Below are positions 51,255 through 62,538 of a stretch of 64,000 bases of DNA, piece by piece (positions within the stretch are counted from its first letter, which is position 1; each line of letters starts with the position of its first letter). The notes beneath the pieces are model-generated. The model did not search any database. It saw nothing but the letters and a program-made list of their open reading frames with translations, and was not told where the DNA came from. Made by a program: the position numbers and the translations under genes. This stretch comes from Alphaproteobacteria bacterium (GTDB lineage Bacteria; Pseudomonadota; Alphaproteobacteria; MPNO01). The stretch lies in the NCBI GenBank assembly GCA_964291675.2, contig OZ219866.1, positions 1,664,001-1,728,000 of the forward strand, given 5' to 3'.

Positions 51255-51405
51255 GGGTCTCCCCGCGGGCGGTTGGAATGTAGTGGCGACGCTCTCGACC
51301 GTCAACGGAGCCGCTCGGCGCAGAACGCCCAACCCTTTGTATTTGCGGCACGATGGCCGCTGCTGCTACAAGCCTCGCCGACGATCCGAAGCAAAGGGGC
51401 GGGCG

Positions 51406-52125
51406 ATGAGACCATCCGGCCGGGCGCCGAACGAGATGCGCGAAGTCCTGCTTGAGCCCGGCTTCTCGAAACATGCCGAGGGCTCCTGCCTCGCCCGCTT
51501 CGGCGATACCCACGTGTTGTGCAACGCGACGGTCGAAGATCGCGTGCCGCCCTTCATCAGGAACACCGGCGCGGGCTGGGTCACGGCGGAGTACGGCATG
51601 CTGCCCCGGTCGACCCACGAACGGACCGACCGCGAGGCCGCGCGCGGCCGGCAAAGCGGCCGGACCCTCGAAATCCAGCGCCTGATCGGCCGTTCGCTGC
51701 GCGCCGTGGTCGACATGAAGATCCTCGGCGAACGCCAGGTCCGGCTCGATTGCGATGTGATCCAGGCCGATGGCGGCACCCGGACCGCCGCCATTACCGG
51801 GGCCTGGGTGGCGCTCCGCATCGCCATCGATTCGCTGCTGCAACGACAACTCATCGCCAGCGATCCCCTGATCGGTTCGGTGGCCGCCGTCTCCTGCGGA
51901 CTCGTCGATGGCGTCCCCTGCCTCGACCTAGACTATGTCGAGGACAGCGGCGCCGATACCGACGCGAACTTCGTCCTGACCGGGTCGGGCGGCATCGTCG
52001 AGATCCAGGGGACGGCGGAGAACGAACCGTTCACGCGCGGCGACTTCGATGCGCTGTTCGATCTCGCGCGGGACGGAATCGCCGCGCTCACCCGGCACCA
52101 GATGGCGGCGATCGGACCGGGTTGA
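51406..52125 (+). CDS. rph: Ribonuclease PH
   Basis: [39 protein letters not shown]. Confidence 0.97.
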   Translation: MRPSGRAPNEMREVLLEPGFSKHAEGSCLARFGDTHVLCNATVEDRVPPFIRNTGAGWVTAEYGMLPRSTHERTDREAARGRQSGRTLEIQRLIGRSLRAVVDMKILGERQVRLDCDVIQADGGTRTAAITGAWVALRIAIDSLLQRQLIASDPLIGSVAAVSCGLVDGVPCLDLDYVEDSGADTDANFVLTGSGGIVEIQGTAENEPFTRGDFDALFDLARDGIAALTRHQMAAIGPG

Positions 52126-52129
52126 GGCC

Positions 52130-52774
52130 ATGGCCCGCCGGTTCCGCGGCGCACGCATCGTCGTTGCCAGCCACAACGCGGGCAAGGTGGCCGAGATCGC
52201 CGAATTGCTCGCGCCCTACGGTATCGGGATCGACTCCGCCGGAGCGCTCGGCCTGGCCGAACCGGAGGAGACCGGAACCACCTTCCGGGAGAATGCCGCG
52301 ATCAAGGCGCTCGCCTGCGCCGGCGCCGCGGGGGAGGTCGCGCTCAGCGACGATTCGGGGCTTGAGGTGGCCGCGCTGGAGGGCGCGCCCGGCATCCATT
52401 CGGCGCGCTGGGGGGGCCCGGGGCGGGACTTCTCGCTGGCCATGCGGCGGGTGGAAGAGGCGCTGGCGCCGGACGCCGACAGGGGTGCCGCGTTCGTCTG
52501 CGCCCTCGCGCTCGCCTGGCCGGACCGGCATGTCGAGACCTTCGAAGGCCGTATCGAGGGTCGTCTCGTCTGGCCGCCGCGCGGCAAGCGGGGCTTCGGC
52601 TACGACCCGATATTCGTGCCGCGAGGCGGTCTGTTGACCTTCGGGGAGATGGATCCGGCGGAGAAACATGCGATCAGCCACCGGGCCGTCGCGTTCGGCA
52701 AGCTCGCCGCCGCCTGTCTTGCCCCCGGACCCTGGCCCGGTACGGGGCGGTCTGCGAAAGATCAGAAGCCGTAA
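52130..52774 (+). CDS. rdgB: Non-canonical purine NTP pyrophosphatase
   Basis: [31 protein letters not shown]. Confidence 0.96.
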   Translation: MARRFRGARIVVASHNAGKVAEIAELLAPYGIGIDSAGALGLAEPEETGTTFRENAAIKALACAGAAGEVALSDDSGLEVAALEGAPGIHSARWGGPGRDFSLAMRRVEEALAPDADRGAAFVCALALAWPDRHVETFEGRIEGRLVWPPRGKRGFGYDPIFVPRGGLLTFGEMDPAEKHAISHRAVAFGKLAAACLAPGPWPGTGRSAKDQKP

Positions 52775-53658
52775 TGCAGGGACAGGCGCAGCCAATGGCT
52801 TCTCAGCTCGGCGCTGGTCGGGGAGTTGGGGAGCGGCATCGCCGGGCCGTGCTCCCGCCATTCCACCCGCCCCGAGCCCGCGCCGGTATTGACGGAGAAA
52901 AGATCGACGTAACGCCATGACAGTTGCAGCGTCGACCGATTTCCCATGGTGAGCGCCAGCCCGGCCGTCACCGTCCAGGCGCGCCCGACCCGGCCCTCTC
53001 CCGGAACGATCGTCCCGATCTTCGGGAAGGACATGCGCGCCTCCCCGGTCCGCATCCGCACGGCTCCCAGCCCGCCGCCGACAAACGGGCTGAAGGAGCC
53101 CGGCTGGTATCTTCCGATCGCCGGAATGTCTACATAGGGGGAAAGCAGCTCCGACAGCGACTCTCGCAGCGCGGAAACCGGACTCTCTCCCCCGGGGGCA
53201 CCGAAGGCCGCGCGGCCCGGCACGCCGAATTCGAGGCTGTACCCCGGGACGCTCTCGCTTCTCGATTCGGGCGCAACGGCACTGTCGATACCCAGCGCGA
53301 GGTCGGGATGAGGCCCGAAGTCCCGCAAGCGGCCGAGCGGTGTGTCGTCGCCCTCTGCCGGGCAGCCGGAAGACGGGGATGCCGAGCCGCCGCCGCAATC
53401 CTCGCCGCCTTCCGCCGAACCCGGTGTGCCGTCCGGCCCCGGGCCGAGCAGCGCGAACCAATCCTGGGCCGCGACCTGACAGGGCAACAGGAAGGCCGCA
53501 ATCGCCACCGCCGTCAAGGCACATCGCCGCAGGCTCCGGACGTCCGCCGGGCGCATTGCCGGGAGTGCGAACGCGGGCGTGTCGCGGCGGCCGGGAGCCG
53601 CTCCCCCGGAATGCGTCAGGGCCATCGTCACCGAAGGGAAAGCGATGCAGCTTCGCAT
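52762..53658 (-). CDS. Outer-membrane beta-barrel protein (Opa/porin-like), divergent
   Basis: Signal peptide, [30 protein letters not shown], terminal LRLSLHYGF; start uncertain. Confidence 0.65.
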   Translation of the reverse strand: MRSCIAFPSVTMALTHSGGAAPGRRDTPAFALPAMRPADVRSLRRCALTAVAIAAFLLPCQVAAQDWFALLGPGPDGTPGSAEGGEDCGGGSASPSSGCPAEGDDTPLGRLRDFGPHPDLALGIDSAVAPESRSESVPGYSLEFGVPGRAAFGAPGGESPVSALRESLSELLSPYVDIPAIGRYQPGSFSPFVGGGLGAVRMRTGEARMSFPKIGTIVPGEGRVGRAWTVTAGLALTMGNRSTLQLSWRYVDLFSVNTGAGSGRVEWREHGPAMPLPNSPTSAELRSHWLRLSLHYGF

Positions 53659-53960
53659 GCCCCAGTCTCCGGCCGGTCCGACCGTCAGCGCGGCACTCTA
53701 TCCGCAAACAACCGAATCGCCATGCCGCTGGGTAGACCGGGAGCCCCCAAGGGTGCCCGGCCAGAACCCGCGCGCCGAACGCCATGTTCGATTTGCATGG
53801 TGCTTTTGTCTTACATCCCGCGGCCCTTTTCAAGTCTCGGCTGAGATCCCTTCGCCGTCGCCGCCAATGCATTCCGGACACCGCGAATCGGGATTGACGC
53901 CGGTCGCGTATGTTGATTTCTCTCGAAGCGCAGGATCGAGGTCCCACACGGAAGCGCCCG

Positions 53961-55211
53961 ATGGCCCGCTACTCGATTTTCAGCCTGGTCCGCAACGCCA
54001 TGGGCTACCACCGGGGCTGGCCCCGGGCGTGGCGCAGCCCCGAACCGCGCCCGTCATACGAAATTGTGATCGTGGGCGGCGGCGGCCACGGGCTGGCGAC
54101 CGCCTACTATCTGGCCAGGGAGCATGGCCTCACCGATATCGCGGTGCTCGAAAAAGGCTGGCTGGGCGGCGGCAATACGGGGCGCAACACCACCATCATC
54201 CGGTCCAACTATCTGTGGGACGAGAGCGCGCATCTCTACGAGAAGTCCCTGAAGCTCTACGAGGGCCTGAGCCGGGAGCTCAACTTCAACATCATGCTGA
54301 GCCAGCGGGGCGTGCTGAACCTCGCCCATAACGAGCACGATCTGAAGGAGCTCTCGCGGCGGGTACGGGCGATAAGGCTGAACGGGATCGATTCGGAAAT
54401 CCTCGACCCGCGAGGCGTGAAGGCCGAGGTGCCGATAATCAATACCTCGCCCTCGGTGCGCTATCCGATCCTGGGCGCGTCGCTGCAGCGCAGGGGCGGT
54501 ATCGCCCGCCACGACGCGGTCGCCTGGGGCTTCGCCCGCGCGGCCGACGCGCGGGGCGTCGACATCGTCCAGAACTGCGAGGTCACCGGGATCGACATCG
54601 CCGACGGCCGGGTGAGGGGGCTGGAGACGACGCGCGGCAGGATCGCCGCGCGGAAGGTGGGCCTCGTCGCCGCCGGGCATTCCAGCGTGCTGGCGGCGAT
54701 GGCGGGCCTCCGGCTGCCGATAGAGAGCCACACCCTCCAGGCGATGGTGTCGGAGCCGATCAAGCCGGTGCTCGACAGCGTCGTGATGTCGAACGCCGTG
54801 CATGTCTATGTCAGCCAGTCCGACAAGGGCGAGCTGGTGATCGGCGCCGGCATGGACGGCTACAACTCCTACTCCCAGCGCGGCAGCTTCCAGATCGTGG
54901 AAGGCCAGATGGGCGCGCTGATCGAGCTGTTTCCCATATTCTCGCGGCTCAGCCTGCTGCGCCAATGGGGCGGCATCGTCGACGTCTGCCCGGACGCGAG
55001 CCCGATCGTCGGCAAGACGCCGATTGACGGGCTCTACATCAACTGCGGCTGGGGCACCGGCGGCTTCAAGGCGACGCCCGGGTCCGGCTGGGCGTTCGCG
55101 CACACTATCGCCCGGGACAGGCCGCACGATCTCAACGCGCCCTTCGCCCTCGAACGGTTCGCGAGCGGCGCCCTGATCGACGAGCACGGCGCCGCGGCGG
55201 TGGCGCATTGA
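53961..55211 (+). CDS. soxB: Sarcosine oxidase subunit beta
   Basis: [45 protein letters not shown]. Confidence 0.96.
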   Translation: MARYSIFSLVRNAMGYHRGWPRAWRSPEPRPSYEIVIVGGGGHGLATAYYLAREHGLTDIAVLEKGWLGGGNTGRNTTIIRSNYLWDESAHLYEKSLKLYEGLSRELNFNIMLSQRGVLNLAHNEHDLKELSRRVRAIRLNGIDSEILDPRGVKAEVPIINTSPSVRYPILGASLQRRGGIARHDAVAWGFARAADARGVDIVQNCEVTGIDIADGRVRGLETTRGRIAARKVGLVAAGHSSVLAAMAGLRLPIESHTLQAMVSEPIKPVLDSVVMSNAVHVYVSQSDKGELVIGAGMDGYNSYSQRGSFQIVEGQMGALIELFPIFSRLSLLRQWGGIVDVCPDASPIVGKTPIDGLYINCGWGTGGFKATPGSGWAFAHTIARDRPHDLNAPFALERFASGALIDEHGAAAVAH

Positions 55212-55218
55212 GGCCGCC

Positions 55219-55503
55219 ATGCTGCTGATCCCCTGTCCCTGGTGCGGCGCCCGCGACGAGAGCGAGTTCACCTGCGGCGGCGAGGCGCATATCCAGCGCC
55301 CGGCCGATCCCGACGCGCTCGACGATGCGCAATGGGCCGACTACCTGTTCATGCGGTCCAACCCGAAGGGGGGTCATCGAGAGCGCTGGTGCCACAGCCA
55401 TGGCTGCGGGCGCTGGTTCAACGTCGAGCGGGACACGGTCACGCACGAGATCGTCTCGGTCTACCGCATGGGCGAGCCGCCCCCGGGCGGGGACGGGTCG
55501 TGA
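55219..55503 (+). CDS. soxD: Sarcosine oxidase subunit delta
   Basis: MLLIPCPWCGARDESEF, HSHGCGRWFN. Confidence 0.95.
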   Translation: MLLIPCPWCGARDESEFTCGGEAHIQRPADPDALDDAQWADYLFMRSNPKGGHRERWCHSHGCGRWFNVERDTVTHEIVSVYRMGEPPPGGDGS

Positions 55504-58442
55504 CCGGGCAACCGCATCGTCTGCCCGAAGGCGGCGCGATCGACCGGTCGCGGCCGATCGGGTTTTCCTTCAACCGGCGGCGCTATACCGGGTTCGCCGG
55601 CGACACGCTGGCCTCGGCCCTGCTGGCGAACGGCGTGCATCTCGTCGGGCGGAGCTTCAAGTACCACCGGCCGCGCGGCATCCTGTCCGCCGGCACGGAA
55701 GAGCCCAATGCGATCGTGCAGCTCGGCTCCGGGGCGCGCGGCATACCCAACGCCAGGGCCACGCGGGTCGAGCTGCATGAAGGTCTTGCCGCAAGCAGCG
55801 TAAATTGCTGGCCCGGCCCGGGGCTCGACCTGGGCGCGGTCAACGACCTCGCCCACCGTCTGATCCCGGCCGGGTTCTACTACAAGACCTTCATGTGGCC
55901 GCATCGCGGCTGGCATTTCTACGAACGGCTGATCCGCCGCATGGCGGGGCTGGGGCGGGCGCCGGACGGTCCCGATCCCGACCGGTACGAGCGCATGAAC
56001 GCGCATTGCGACGTGCTCGTGGTCGGCGCCGGTCCGGCCGGGCTGGCCGCCGCGCTTGCGGCGGGGCAAGGCGGGGCGCGGGTGATCCTCGCCGACGAGC
56101 GAGGCGCGCCGGGCGGCACGCTCCAGGATGCCGCCGATACCGGCCGGCTCGGCGAGATGTTGGCCGAGCTGGACACCCTCGACAACGTTCGCGTCCTCAC
56201 CCGGACCACGGTCGCCGGCTATTTCGACTACAATTTCCTGACCGCGCTGGAGCGCGTCGCCGACCGTCTCGGCCCCGGCGCGCCGGCGCATCTGCCGCGC
56301 CAGCGGCTGTGGCGCATCCGGGCCGGGCGGGTGGTGCTGGCGACCGGCGCCCTGGAACGCCCGCTGGTCTTCGCCAACAACGACCGGCCGGGGATCATGC
56401 TGGCCGCCGCCGTCCGTGCCTATGTCAACCGCTTCGCCGTGCTCCCGGGCCGGCGCGCCGTCGTCGTCACCGACAACGACAGCGCCTATGACAGCGCCCT
56501 CGATCTCCACCGGCATGGCATGGAGATAGCCGCCATCGTCGATCTCCGCCCGGACGGCGAGAGCGGGAGACCCGCGGAGGCTCGTGCCGCCGGACTCGAA
56601 GTCCTCGCGGGCCACGCCGTCGTCGACAGCGGCGGGCGGCGCCGGGTGCGGACCGCCCTTGTGGCGAAGCTCGACGACGACGGATCGCCGGCCGGGCCGG
56701 TCCGCAGCCTGGGCTGCGATCTGATCGCGATGTCGGGCGGCTGGAACCCGGCGGTGCATCTGTTCTCGCAATCCGGCGGGAGACTGCGCTACGACGAGGC
56801 TCTCCGGGCCTTCCTGCCGGAGAACGCCCCGCAAGCGGTGCGCTGCGCGGGCGCCATCAACGGAACCGCGGACACCGGGTCCTGTGTTGCCGAAGGGCGC
56901 GCCGCCGGGGCGGGAGAGCCCGATAGCCGGGCGGCGAGGCCGGTGGAGGCCGCGGCACGCGCGTTATGGGCGGTGCCGGCGAGAAACCGGGCCGGCGAGG
57001 GGCGGCGCTTCGTCGATTTCCAGAACGACGTGACTTCGGCCGATATCGCGCTGGCGGCGCGCGAGGGCTACGAGTCGGTCGAGCACGTGAAGCGCTACAC
57101 CACGCTTGGCATGGGCACCGACCAGGGCAAGACCGGGAACGTCGCCGGGCTCGCGATCCTCGCCCATACCCTCGGCCTTGCGATCCCCGAGGTCGGGACG
57201 ACCACCTTCCGCCCGCCCTACGATCCCGTCACCTTCGGCGCCATCGCCGGGCGCGACGTGGGAAAGCTGGCGGACCCGGTGCGCCGGACGCCGATGCATC
57301 GCTGGCACGCGGAGGCGGGCGCCGTCTTCGAGGATGTCGGCCAGTGGAAGCGGCCCTTCTACTACCCGCGCGACGGCGAGACCAAGCACGACGCGGTAGC
57401 GCGCGAGTGCCTCGCCGTGCGCAACGCCGCCGGCATCATGGATGCGAGCACGCTCGGCAAGATCCTGGTCCGCGGCCCCGACGCCCGGGAGTTTCTGAAC
57501 CGGGTCTACACCAACGCATGGGACCGCCTTGAGGTCGGGCGCTGCCGCTACGGGCTGATGCTGGGCGAGGACGGCATGGTTCTCGACGACGGCGTCACGG
57601 CGTGCCTCTCGGAAGACCGGTTCCTGACGACCACAACCACCGGCAATGCATCGCGGGTCTTCGCCTGGCTGGAGGAGTGGCTGCAGACGGAGTGGCCCGA
57701 TCTCAGGGTCTATCTCACCTCGCTCACCGAGCAGCTCGCCACGGTGGCGCTCGCCGGCCCCGATTCCCGGGCGATTCTCGGCGCGCTCTGCGACGATATC
57801 GACCTGGAGCCCGGGGCATTCCCGTTCATGGCCTGGCGCGAGGGCCGGGTGGCCGGGCTGCCGGCGCGAGTGTTCCGGGTCAGCTACACGGGCGAGCTGT
57901 CATACGAGATCGTCGTTGCCGCCGAGAGCGCGATGGAGCTCTGGGCCGCGCTGACCGCACCCGACCGCGCCGTCACCCCGTTCGGGACGGAAGCCATGCA
58001 CGTGCTGCGCGCCGAGAAGGGCTATCTGATGATCGGCCAGGAGACCGACGGCACGGTGATGCCGCTCGACCTCGACATGAGCTGGATCCTGAGCCGGAAG
58101 AAGGATTTTTTGGGCCGCCGGTCGCTCGCCCGCCCCGCCATGCGCGACCCGATGCGCAAGCGGCTGGTGGGGCTGGAGACCGAGGACCCCGCGACGGTGC
58201 TGCCCGAGGGCGCGCAGATCCTCGGCACGCCGCCGATGGGCGCGCCCGAGACCATGATCGGCCACGTCACCTCCAGCTACTGGAGCGCCGCGCTCGGCCG
58301 CTCGATCGCGCTGGCGCTGGTCCGGGGCGGCCGCGACCGGGAGCCGGCGACGGTCCACGTGCCGCTCGACGACCGCACCGTGCGCGCGGAGATTCGCGAT
58401 CCGCGGTTCTACGATCCCGAAGGGGCGCGGATGAATGGCTGA
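55500..58442 (+). CDS. soxA: Sarcosine oxidase subunit alpha
   Basis: GDTLASALLANG, RSFKYHRPRG, FVDFQNDVT, KRYTTLGMGTDQGK, GcvT-like C-terminus; GTG start 55500. Confidence 0.95.
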   Translation: MTGQPHRLPEGGAIDRSRPIGFSFNRRRYTGFAGDTLASALLANGVHLVGRSFKYHRPRGILSAGTEEPNAIVQLGSGARGIPNARATRVELHEGLAASSVNCWPGPGLDLGAVNDLAHRLIPAGFYYKTFMWPHRGWHFYERLIRRMAGLGRAPDGPDPDRYERMNAHCDVLVVGAGPAGLAAALAAGQGGARVILADERGAPGGTLQDAADTGRLGEMLAELDTLDNVRVLTRTTVAGYFDYNFLTALERVADRLGPGAPAHLPRQRLWRIRAGRVVLATGALERPLVFANNDRPGIMLAAAVRAYVNRFAVLPGRRAVVVTDNDSAYDSALDLHRHGMEIAAIVDLRPDGESGRPAEARAAGLEVLAGHAVVDSGGRRRVRTALVAKLDDDGSPAGPVRSLGCDLIAMSGGWNPAVHLFSQSGGRLRYDEALRAFLPENAPQAVRCAGAINGTADTGSCVAEGRAAGAGEPDSRAARPVEAAARALWAVPARNRAGEGRRFVDFQNDVTSADIALAAREGYESVEHVKRYTTLGMGTDQGKTGNVAGLAILAHTLGLAIPEVGTTTFRPPYDPVTFGAIAGRDVGKLADPVRRTPMHRWHAEAGAVFEDVGQWKRPFYYPRDGETKHDAVARECLAVRNAAGIMDASTLGKILVRGPDAREFLNRVYTNAWDRLEVGRCRYGLMLGEDGMVLDDGVTACLSEDRFLTTTTTGNASRVFAWLEEWLQTEWPDLRVYLTSLTEQLATVALAGPDSRAILGALCDDIDLEPGAFPFMAWREGRVAGLPARVFRVSYTGELSYEIVVAAESAMELWAALTAPDRAVTPFGTEAMHVLRAEKGYLMIGQETDGTVMPLDLDMSWILSRKKDFLGRRSLARPAMRDPMRKRLVGLETEDPATVLPEGAQILGTPPMGAPETMIGHVTSSYWSAALGRSIALALVRGGRDREPATVHVPLDDRTVRAEIRDPRFYDPEGARMNG

Positions 58443-58983
58443 GCCAGCACAGGGTGTCGAGCTGCGCGTCTGTCCGCCGCGCGGCCGGATCGACCTGCGC
58501 GGCGATCCGGCCGATCCCGCATTCGCGGCGGCGGTCTCCGGCGTCCTCGGCCTGGAACCGCCGCCGACACCCAACGCCAGCCGCGCCGCCGACCGGGCCT
58601 GCGTCCTTTGGCTCGGCCCCGATGCGTGGCTGATCGAAACCGAGCGGGCGACGGAGTCCGAGGTCGCGGAGGCGCTGGCGCGGGCGCTCTCGGACCTCCA
58701 TTCCTCGGTCGCGGTCGTCGGCGACGGCAGCGTTGCGTTCTCCGTCTCCGGCCCGAGGGCGGCGGACGTGCTGGCGAAGGGGATGACGCTGGACCTCGAT
58801 CCGGCCCGGTTCCGCGCGGCGCACTGCGCCCGCTCCCTGCTCGCCCGGATCCCGGTTCTGCTTCACCGGCCCGGCGACGATGCGGTCTACGAAGTCACCG
58901 TTGCGCGCAGCTACTCGGAGCATGCGCTGGACTGGCTCCGGGACGCGGCGCTGGAGTACGGCGGTGTCGGCGAGCCTTCCTGA
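58435..58983 (+). CDS. soxG: Sarcosine oxidase subunit gamma
   Basis: LWLGPDAWL, VLAKGMTLDL, VARSYS; last gene of the sox operon. Confidence 0.92.
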   Translation: MAEPAQGVELRVCPPRGRIDLRGDPADPAFAAAVSGVLGLEPPPTPNASRAADRACVLWLGPDAWLIETERATESEVAEALARALSDLHSSVAVVGDGSVAFSVSGPRAADVLAKGMTLDLDPARFRAAHCARSLLARIPVLLHRPGDDAVYEVTVARSYSEHALDWLRDAALEYGGVGEPS

Positions 58984-59002
58984 CATCGTCTCCGCCCGGC
59001 GA

Positions 59003-60217
59003 ATGCGCTCCTCCGCGGGCTTCGCCGTGGATGCGCGCACGCTCGGCCTCTACGTCCACTGGCCGTTCTGCCGGTCGAAATGCCCCTATTGCGACTTCAA
59101 CAGCCATGTCGAGACGGCGATCGACCAGCGGCGCTGGCGCGACGCGCTGGCAGCCGAGATCCGTCACTTCGCCGCCCTCACCCCGGGCCGCCGCTTGCAG
59201 ACGATCTTCTTCGGCGGCGGCACCCCATCGCTGATGCCGCCGGAGACGGTGGCCGCCGTCATCGAGACGGCAAGGGCGTGCTGGGAGACCGCGCAGGACA
59301 TCGAGATCACGCTTGAGGCCAACCCGACCTCGGTGGAGGCGGCGCGGCTCTCCGCCTACCGCGCGGCCGGGGTGGGGCGGCTCTCGCTCGGCGTGCAGTC
59401 CCTGGACGCGAGGGGGCTCGCGGCGCTCGGGCGCGAGCACGGGGTGGACGAGGCGATCGGGGCGGTCGCCGCCGCGCATGCGCTGTTCGAGCGCGTCTCG
59501 TTCGACCTGATATACGCCTGGCCGGGTCAGACCAGGAGCGGCTGGCGTCGCGAGCTCGCGCGCGCGCTCGAACACGCCGGCACCCATCTCTCGGCCTATC
59601 GGCTCACCGTCGAGCCCGGCACCGCGTTCCACGGGCTTCATCGCCGGGGCGAGCTCGTCCTGCCGCCCGACGACGAGCAGGCCGGGTTCTTCGAGGACAC
59701 GAGGTCGATACTCGCCGATGCCGGGCTGCCCGCCTACGAGATCTCCAACCACGCGCGTCCGGGCGACGAGTGCCGCCACAACCTGATCTACTGGCTGTCC
59801 GCCGACTATGCCGGCGTCGGGCCGGGCGCCCACGGGCGCATCGCCGGCGAGGGACGGACCACGGCCTTTGCGCAGCGCCGCGCGCCGGAGGCGTGGCGCG
59901 CGGCGGTGGAGGCGGCCGGCCACGCCACCCTCTCCGAGACCGTGCTGGAGCCGTCCGAACGGCTGGAGGAGATCGCCATGATGGGGCTCCGCCTCGCCGA
60001 CGGGATTCCGCGCTCGCGCTTCGCGGCGCTGACCGGACGGCCGCCCGAGGCGCTGTTCGATCCGGCGGCGCTGGAGCGGCTGTCGGCGGGCGGGTTCCTG
60101 GAGCTCGACGACCGGGGGTTGCGCGCGACGCCGGCCGGACGGCAGCGTCTCGACGCTGTGCTCGCCGCCCTGCTCGCCTCGGCCGCCTCCTTGCGCCCCG
60201 CTACCGCATCCCGATAG
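59003..60217 (+). CDS. hemW: Radical SAM heme chaperone (HemN-like)
   Basis: YVHWPFCRSKCPYCDFNSH, FFGGGTPS, YEISNHA, CRHNLIYW. Confidence 0.94.
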   Translation: MRSSAGFAVDARTLGLYVHWPFCRSKCPYCDFNSHVETAIDQRRWRDALAAEIRHFAALTPGRRLQTIFFGGGTPSLMPPETVAAVIETARACWETAQDIEITLEANPTSVEAARLSAYRAAGVGRLSLGVQSLDARGLAALGREHGVDEAIGAVAAAHALFERVSFDLIYAWPGQTRSGWRRELARALEHAGTHLSAYRLTVEPGTAFHGLHRRGELVLPPDDEQAGFFEDTRSILADAGLPAYEISNHARPGDECRHNLIYWLSADYAGVGPGAHGRIAGEGRTTAFAQRRAPEAWRAAVEAAGHATLSETVLEPSERLEEIAMMGLRLADGIPRSRFAALTGRPPEALFDPAALERLSAGGFLELDDRGLRATPAGRQRLDAVLAALLASAASLRPATASR

Positions 60218-60251
60218 GGTCCCGCGCCAACAACGAGGGTGACCGCGCGCC

Positions 60252-61109
60252 ATGCCGGAACCGCCGGCTCGTCCGATCCCGCCCGGGCTTCATCTGGTGT
60301 CGACGCCGATCGGCAATCTGCGCGACATCACCCTGCGGGCGCTGGACACCCTGCGCGGCGCCGACCTGATCGCCTGCGAGGACACGCGGGTGACGCGCAA
60401 GCTGCTGACGGCGCATGGCATCGCCGGCCGGCTCGCCGCCTATCACGACCACAACGCCGCCGAGGCCGGACCGCGCCTGATCGCCCGGCTGGAGGCCGGC
60501 GAGGCGGTCGCGCTGGTGAGCGACGCCGGGACGCCGCTGATCTCCGATCCCGGGTTCCGGCTGGTGGGCGAGGCAAACGCGCGCGGCATCGCCGTGACCG
60601 TGCTGCCCGGGCCCTCGGCGCCGCTCGCCGCCCTGGTGCTGTCGGGCCAGCCGACCGACCGCTTCCACTTCGCGGGATTCGCGCCGCCGCGCCCGGCCGC
60701 GCGCCGGGCGTTCCTGCGCAGCCTTGCCGGCATCGACGCGACGCTGGTGCTGCTCGAATCGCCCCGCCGCCTGCGCGCGGCGCTCGCCGACATGAACGCG
60801 GTTCTCGGCCCCCGGCCGGCGGCGGTCGCGCGCGAGCTCACCAAGCTGCACGAGGAGGTCGCGCGGGGCGACCTCGCATCGCTCGCCGCCAGGTATGGGG
60901 GCGAAGGTCCGGCGCGCGGGGAGATCGTCGTCGTCGTCGGCCCGCCCGACGCGCCTGAGCCCGCCGGCGACGCGGAGATCGACGCCCGGCTTCGCGAAGC
61001 CCTGACCGCCATGTCGGTCCGCGACGCCGCCGCGCTGGTTGCCGAAGCCACCGACACGCCGCGCCGCCGGGTCTACCGGCGCGCGCTCGCCCTCGGCCGA
61101 CATCCGTGA
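60252..61109 (+). CDS. rsmI: 16S rRNA C1402 2'-O-methyltransferase
   Basis: [40 protein letters not shown]. Confidence 0.96.
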   Translation: MPEPPARPIPPGLHLVSTPIGNLRDITLRALDTLRGADLIACEDTRVTRKLLTAHGIAGRLAAYHDHNAAEAGPRLIARLEAGEAVALVSDAGTPLISDPGFRLVGEANARGIAVTVLPGPSAPLAALVLSGQPTDRFHFAGFAPPRPAARRAFLRSLAGIDATLVLLESPRRLRAALADMNAVLGPRPAAVARELTKLHEEVARGDLASLAARYGGEGPARGEIVVVVGPPDAPEPAGDAEIDARLREALTAMSVRDAAALVAEATDTPRRRVYRRALALGRHP

Positions 61110-61453
61110 CCGGAAAGCGAGAGGCCGAACGCTTCGGGCGCTGGGCCGAGCGCGCGGCGTCGGTCTACCTCTCACTCAAGGGCTATCGCATTCTCGCCCG
61201 CCGGTTCCGCTCGCCCGCCGGCGAGATCGATCTGGTGGCGCGGCGCGGGCGGCTGGTGGTCTATGTCGAGGTCAAGGCACGCCGCGGCGAGCCCGCCGAG
61301 ATCCCCGGCCGGCAACGACGCCGCATCCTTCGCGCGGCCGAGCACTTTCTGAAGCTGCGCCCAGAGCTGGCATCCTGCGACCAGCGGTTCGACGCGATCC
61401 TGATCGCTCCGGCGCGGCTGCCGACCCATCTGAAGGATGCTTGGCGGGGCTAG
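61106..61453 (+). CDS. yraN: YraN family protein
   Basis: [31 protein letters not shown]. Confidence 0.92.
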   Translation: MTGKREAERFGRWAERAASVYLSLKGYRILARRFRSPAGEIDLVARRGRLVVYVEVKARRGEPAEIPGRQRRRILRAAEHFLKLRPELASCDQRFDAILIAPARLPTHLKDAWRG

Positions 61454-61518
61454 AGAGCACCGGCACTATGGCGCAACCGCGTTCCGGCGGACGCGGACCC
61501 GAACCCGAAGGAACCGCG

Positions 61519-62472
61519 ATGAGCCTTACCGTCGCCATTCAGATGGATCCGATCGAATCGATCGACATCGACGCGGACAGCACCTTCGTGCTCGCGCTCG
61601 AAGCGGCGCGCCGGGGGTACGCGCTGTACCACTACCTCCCCGACAATCTCGCCTTCAGGGACGGGCGGATCTATGCCAAGGCGCGGCCGCTCGCCGTGCG
61701 CCGGAAGCAGGGCGATCACTTCACCCTCGGAGAGGAGCGGGAGCTCGACCTGGCGCAGGCGGATATCGTCCTGATGCGCCAGGACCCGCCCTTCGACATG
61801 GCCTACATCACCGCGACCCACCTGCTCGAGCACATCCACCCGGAGACGCTCGTGGTCAACGACCCCGGGCATGTGCGCAACGCGCCCGAAAAGCTCTTCG
61901 TCACCCGCTTCGAGGGCCTGCTGCCGCCGACATTGATCGCCGCGGACCGCGACGAGATCCTCGCCTTCCGGGCCGAACACCGGGACATCGTGGTCAAGCC
62001 GCTGTTCGGCAATGGCGGCGCGGGCGTGTTCCATGTGAAACCGGAAGACGAGAATCTCGGCGCACTGCTCGAAATGTTCGCCGAGAGCTTTCGCGAGCCC
62101 ATCATCGTCCAGCGCTACTTGCCGGAGATCCGCGACGGCGACAAGCGCATCATCCTGGTCGACGGCGAGCCGGTGGGCGGGGTGAGCCGGATGCCGCAGG
62201 ACGGCGAGGCGCGCGCCAATTTCCACGCCGGCGGCGCCGCCAGGAAGGCGGCGCTGACGCCGCGCGAAAGGGACATCTGCGCCCGCATCGGCCCGGCGCT
62301 GCGCGACCGCGGGCTGATCTTCGTCGGGATCGACGTGATCGGCGACTTCCTGACCGAGATCAACGTGACCTCGCCGACCGGCATCCAGGAGATCAACCGG
62401 CTCGACGGCATCTGCATCGAGGCGACGATCTGGGACGCGATCGAACGGCGCTACGCGGCGACGCGGGGGTAG
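61519..62472 (+). CDS. gshB: Glutathione synthetase
   Basis: [41 protein letters not shown]. Confidence 0.97.
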   Translation: MSLTVAIQMDPIESIDIDADSTFVLALEAARRGYALYHYLPDNLAFRDGRIYAKARPLAVRRKQGDHFTLGEERELDLAQADIVLMRQDPPFDMAYITATHLLEHIHPETLVVNDPGHVRNAPEKLFVTRFEGLLPPTLIAADRDEILAFRAEHRDIVVKPLFGNGGAGVFHVKPEDENLGALLEMFAESFREPIIVQRYLPEIRDGDKRIILVDGEPVGGVSRMPQDGEARANFHAGGAARKAALTPRERDICARIGPALRDRGLIFVGIDVIGDFLTEINVTSPTGIQEINRLDGICIEATIWDAIERRYAATRG

Positions 62473-62538
62473 GGTGCCCCCCGCGTCATGGCCGGCAATG
62501 CAATTATGTGGCGAGCGAGAGTGCGCTATGATGTCGTC

